Of a stretch of DNA of 64,000 nt, positions 59,701 through 64,000 are shown piece after piece. Position numbers and translations under genes: made by a program. The stretch is from Macrostomum hystrix (taxonomy: Eukaryota > Animalia > Platyhelminthes): the NCBI GenBank assembly GCA_950097015.1, contig CATNEN010000002.1, positions 1,426,001-1,490,000 of the forward strand. The letters are read 5' to 3'. Every line of letters begins with the position of its first letter. Within the stretch, counting starts at the first letter, position 1. The notes under the pieces are model-generated. The model was given only the letters and a program-made list of their open reading frames with translations, ran no database searches and was not told where the DNA came from.

Positions 59701-62510
59701 GTGATTCTTCGGCGTTTTCCGCACAATTTACGGTTACATGGGCTGCTTCCTGGGTGGTTTCTTTAACTCTTGCGAGATAGGGGGGATTTTGGTAGATTCC
59801 ACTTCTTTTTTGCACAAAAAAACCCGCCGAAGAAGCAGCCGAATTTTTTACAGGGATCTTTAATTGCTCCACTTGCAAAAATTAGATATTCTTAGTCTTG
59901 CACTTTTATCTTGCTAACGTAAATTTTAGTGTTAACAGTAGTGCATTGGTAACTGCAGTGAGCCGCTCTATCTTATCAGTTGCTTCGTCTTTTATTATAA
60001 AGGAGTGATTTTGCAGCCATGAATGACAAATTCAGTCACTTAAGTTGATCCTTATCGCTCTAAGTAACACGCATTAATATCAAGTTTACTAGCAGAATGC
60101 AGATCTGTGTCCCATAAGTTCTTAGCTTTTTGTGTCACAACCATTTTGGCTGAGCGCTCTCTAAATGTTCTATTGCATCTCTAATTACCTATGGTAGCTA
60201 TCGTAATTCGTTTTCAATCAGTTTTATTAGTTGCCAATTCTCTTCCTTACATTAGTGGGAATTATGCTCAGTATTTTCTACTCTTAGAATCTGTTGCAGC
60301 AAGTTCTGTTATTGCATAGGTAAAATTTGCATTTTATGTTTCACTGACAGGAAGTGGCATAAAATGACAGTCAGTGCTTCAGGTTAGTGTGACTGTCTAG
60401 TTGACTGGGAATCTTGTTTCTTTTTTCTGTTTTTTTTCTTCCTAAAAATGCCACACTTTAGTCTTGTTTGCATTTTCTAAACAAGCGCCTAGATGGCACA
60501 CAATGCACCTATTGGTCTTTAGTGTCAGAATCAAATAGATCTGACACAAATCGACTGAGAATCAAACAGATCTGACACAAATCGACTGAGAATCAAACAG
60601 ATCTGACACAAACAGCCTGTCAAAATCAAACAGATCTGACACAAATCGACTGAGAATCAAACAGATCTGACACAAATCGACTGAGAATCAAATAGATCTG
60701 ACACAAATCGACTGAGAATCAAACACATCTGACACAAATCGACTGAGAATCAAATAGATCTGACACAAATCGACTGAGAATCAAATAGATTTGACTGTGA
60801 GAATCAAATAGATCTGACACAAACAGACTGTGAGAATCAAAGAGATCTGACACAAACAGACTGTCAGAATCAAACAGATCTGACACAAACAGCCTGTCAG
60901 AATCAAACAGATCTGACACAAATCGACTGAGAATCAAACAGATCTGAAACAAATGGACTGCAAGAATCAAACAGATCTGACGCAAATCGACTGTGAGAAT
61001 CAAACAGATCTGACACAAACAGACTGTCAGAATCAAACAGATTTGACACAAACAGACTGTCCGAATCAAACAGATCTGAAACTAATGGACTGCAAGAATC
61101 AAAGAGATCTGACGCAAATCGACTGTGAGAATCAAAGAGATCTGACACAAACAGACTGTCAGAATCAAACAGATCTGACACAAACAGACTGTCAGAATCA
61201 AACAGATCTGACACAAACAGACTGTCAGAATCAAACAGATCTGACACAAAGGGAATGTTTTTGAAGAGATCTGACACAAACAGGCTGTCGTAATCAAAGC
61301 TATCTGACACAAAAAGTTAAATTAAAAATATAATTTTCTTACCTAAATAGTTTTTAGAAAATGTAAGATCTTATTACACATGCACCAAAAGTAATTAATG
61401 AAATCAAGGTCAACCCCCTTGCTTTTTTATTTAAAATGAAATTTAAGCTGGTTTGTGCGAGTATTTTATGAATTCAGAGTTAAGGCTTCACACTGTTACA
61501 CCTGTGTACTATTAATTAAGCTTGGCTCTAATTTTCTGCCGAATGTTGCGTTCCGTAAAACGGTAAAGTTTTAAATCAGTCACCTATTAATTTCTAATGT
61601 CGCAGCTCGCAGTACATGATACTATTGTTAATGTGTTAATTAAGTTGAGATTTGCTAAGCCTGTGTTTCCACTGCATGTCAACAGTTCTTTTTTTCTAAA
61701 TTAGCTTAAGAATTTCTTAGACATGCTGCTTTAGCTGTCTAATAACAGTCTTGTGATTTGATTACTGTTTAGCATATTCAATTTGCATTCGGATTTTTGT
61801 CCGGAACTTTTTATTGTACCTAAATTAGTATAGCTCACTGCTGCCTTCCTCTGCTTTCAGTTGGAGTTTAGATTTTCGGGTTTCTATTTCTACTTATTTG
61901 ACTGTCTTGCTGTCATTTACGATCGTATATTCTTCCCGAGCCAGTTAAACCACAGGCTAACACCAGCACCAAGACTGTCCCTCTATCACTCTCTCCTTCT
62001 CCCTCTCTTATTCTCCCTCTCTTATTCTCCCTCTCTTATTCTCCCTCTCTTATTCTCCCTCTCTTATTCTCCCTCTCTCTCCTTCTCTCCTTCTCCCCTC
62101 TCCTTCTCCCTCTCTCTCCCTCTCCTTCTCTCTCTCCTTCTCTCCTTCAATCTCTCTCTCCCTCTCCTTCTCTCTCTCCCTCTTTCCTTCTCCCTCTCTC
62201 CTTCTCCCTCTGTTCCTCTCTCCTTCTCCCTCTCTTGCTCTCTCCTAGGCAGGGAGAAGTGTTTTAGGTATATATTCTTCCTATACCGTCCCAGCCTATA
62301 TCCATCCCCAGTCGCATCGGCCTCAGCAACGTTGTCACCTGTCTCTCCCCGCCCCACTCTATATCCGCAGAGCCGGAGCCGTACTCGTACTCCGCGCCCA
62401 GGCACGGTCCACTCCGGCCCGGCACCCACTACCTGGCAGGTGTCGACTCAGCTTGGCGACGCGCCTACCGCGTCTGGCAGCCAACGGAAACTAATGTTCC
62501 AAAAGTGTGA
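53761..62510 (+). CDS. HMGCS: Hydroxymethylglutaryl-CoA synthase, 6 exons
   Basis: Exons 53761-54135, 55097-55424, 56139-56307, 56400-56570, 56982-57205, 62371-62510. Motifs [30 protein letters not shown] (catalytic Cys), [49 protein letters not shown]. Confidence 0.95.
54204..54813 (+). mobile_element. hAT/Charlie-type MITE containing a 16-bp minisatellite (GTCTCATCTCTCCTGT)n
   Basis: TIRs CAGGCGTCGGCAAACT / AGTTTGCCGACCCCTT (14/16 match); perfect 8-bp TSD GTCTAAAT at 54196-54203 and 54814-54821. Confidence 0.9.
55445..56000 (+). repeat. TG-rich low-complexity repeat (TGTTCTGTATG-like), HMGCS intron 2
   Basis: Degenerate short-period repeat read directly. Confidence 0.85.
57350..59135 (+). 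repeat. 30-bp minisatellite (CCCCAATTTTGATATCCCCTACTTAGTATT)n, HMGCS intron 5
   Basis: About 59 tandem units. Confidence 0.97.
60525..61310 (+). repeat. 32/33-bp minisatellite (GAATCAAACAGATCTGACACAAACAGACTGTCA-like), HMGCS intron 5
   Basis: About 24 tandem units. Confidence 0.93.
61985..62260 (+). repeat. CT-rich polypyrimidine tract upstream of the HMGCS final acceptor
   Basis: CTCTTATTCTCC and (CT)n-like runs. Confidence 0.85.
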
Positions 62511-63264
62511 ACTTCTCACACTGTGACGTAACTTGACGAGTCTTTAGACGGAGACATCAAAAATAGAAATAATATTGAAAGACAGTTGAATTTTAATTGG
62601 TTAATTACTATGTGACAGCGGCACTGTACACTGCCGTGTGGCCGTGTTTTATCGCCCAAACAGCCACCCCACGCCGTGCCAATACCGCACCTTATAAATT
62701 AACTCTAGCTAACAGGCAATGCCCCTTACTTACTCTCTCCTGGGTCCCCGGCAAGCTAGATAGTTGAAACAAAATTTTCTTTGTATTTTCTTTTGCAAAA
62801 ACTTTAGCCTAGGCAAAACACGGTAAGTGCGTCTGTTTTTCTTTGTTTAAAAACAATTTTTTAGCTATTTTGATTGAAAATAAAGTTTTGTCATATTTAC
62901 TGTGCATTTTGGTATGTGAAATTGTTATGTAATAGCCTTGTTTAGTTATAGTAAAACAGCAATAAGTATTAACTTGAACGCCTGTATGTGCCTAGCTTTC
63001 TAATTATTGTTTTTCATCTTTCTGACGCCAATGGAAATGAGAAATAAAAATCGGTTCATTTGAATTGCAATTATAAAATTAATTTAGTGATGCATTAGAA
63101 TTAGAAGTTACTTTTTGAACAATGAATTGCGATTGTAAGACAATTTGTCTTTGGATTGTATTTCTTAGAAAAAACTGACGAATTTGGCTGGCAAACTAAA
63201 AGACCAATTGGACCGTTTTTACTTCATATACTGCATACAAAAGGCTTTGGGTTTTGTGGAGTAA

Positions 63265-63960
63265 GGTTTGGTGGGGTAGATCTGGGTTTGGTTGGGGTAG
63301 ATGTGGATTTGGTGGGGTAGATGTGGATTTGATGGGGTAGATGTGGGTTTGGTGGGGTAGATGTGGATTTGGTGGGGTAGATGTGGATTTGGTGGGGTAG
63401 ATGTGGGTTTGGTGGGGTAGATGTGGGTTTGGTGTGGTAGATGTGGGTTTGGTGGGGTAGCTGTAGGTTTGGTGGGGTAGATGTGGGTTTGGTGGGGTAT
63501 ATGTGGGTTTGGTGGGGTAGCTGTAGGTTTGGTGGGGTATATGTGGGTTTGGTGGGGTAGATGTGGGTTTGGTGGGTTAGATGTGGGTATGGTGGGGTAG
63601 ATGTGGATTTGGTGGGGTAGATGTGGGTTTGGTGGGGTAGCTGTAGGTTTGGTGGGGTATATGTGGGTTTGGTGGGGTAGATGTGGATTTGGTGGGGTAG
63701 ATGTAGATTTGGTGGGGTAGATGTGGATTTGGTGGCGTAGATGTAGATTTGGTGGGGTAGATGTGGATTTGGTGGGGTATATGTGGGTTTGGTGGGGTAG
63801 ATGTGGGTTTGGTGGGGTAGATGTGGATTTGGTGGGGTACATGTGGATTTGGTGGGGTAGATGTGGATTTGGTGGGGTATATGTGGGTTTGGTGGGGTAG
63901 CTGTAGGTTTGGTGGGGTATATGTGGGTTTAGTGGGGTAGATGTGGGTTTGGAGGTAGAT
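63265..63960. repeat. 20-bp G-rich minisatellite (GGTGGGGTAGATGTGGGTTT)n
   Basis: About 34 units with GGGG/GGG tracts on the plus strand. Confidence 0.95.
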
Positions 63961-64000
63961 GTGTCTTACACGAGAGATATAAGACACGGGAGAGACGAGA

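Noticed and set aside
59600-59878. NPPY motif in a minus-strand ORF suggesting an N6-adenine methyltransferase
   Set aside because: No SAM-binding motif I, the frame is bounded by several stops, and a 4-residue match is expected by chance.
1-64000. Search for SL RNA, snRNA or rRNA genes
   Set aside because: No sequence I could recognise; an Infernal/Rfam scan would be needed to exclude diverged copies.

Overview
Eukaryotic (metazoan) genomic DNA with GT-AG introns, GC-rich exons and introns packed with 16-37 bp minisatellites. This architecture suggests a free-living flatworm such as Macrostomum lignano (inference, not verifiable here). Genes assembled by hand from splice sites and protein motifs: a partial DPH7-like WD40 gene, a phospholipid scramblase (-), ARL6IP1 (+), METTL25B/RRNAD1 (+), core-1 beta-1,3-galactosyltransferase C1GALT1 (+), an orphan 413-aa ORF, a small secreted acidic protein (-), TIMM8 (+), two tandem sorbitol dehydrogenase (SORD) paralogs (-), LRRC51 (-) and HMG-CoA synthase (+). 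There are also frame-disrupted TRP-like and VWA-like fragments. Mobile DNA includes mariner and Tc1 relics, a P-element-like THAP element with perfect 31-bp TIRs and an 8-bp TSD, hAT MITEs and Helitron-like 3' ends. The strongest observations are: (1) a 669-bp near-identical tract shared by otherwise diverged SORD paralogs, probably gene conversion; (2) minisatellites sitting inside DNA transposons, including a Helitron-like family with about 4 units at one locus and about 60 at another; (3) a ~260-codon in-frame minisatellite inside the METTL25B terminal exon; (4) an intronic array whose every unit carries splice-signal-like motifs; (5) sharply bounded CpG-free domains. No CRISPR array or prokaryotic system is present, and most long ORFs in the supplied track are artefacts of tandem repeats.
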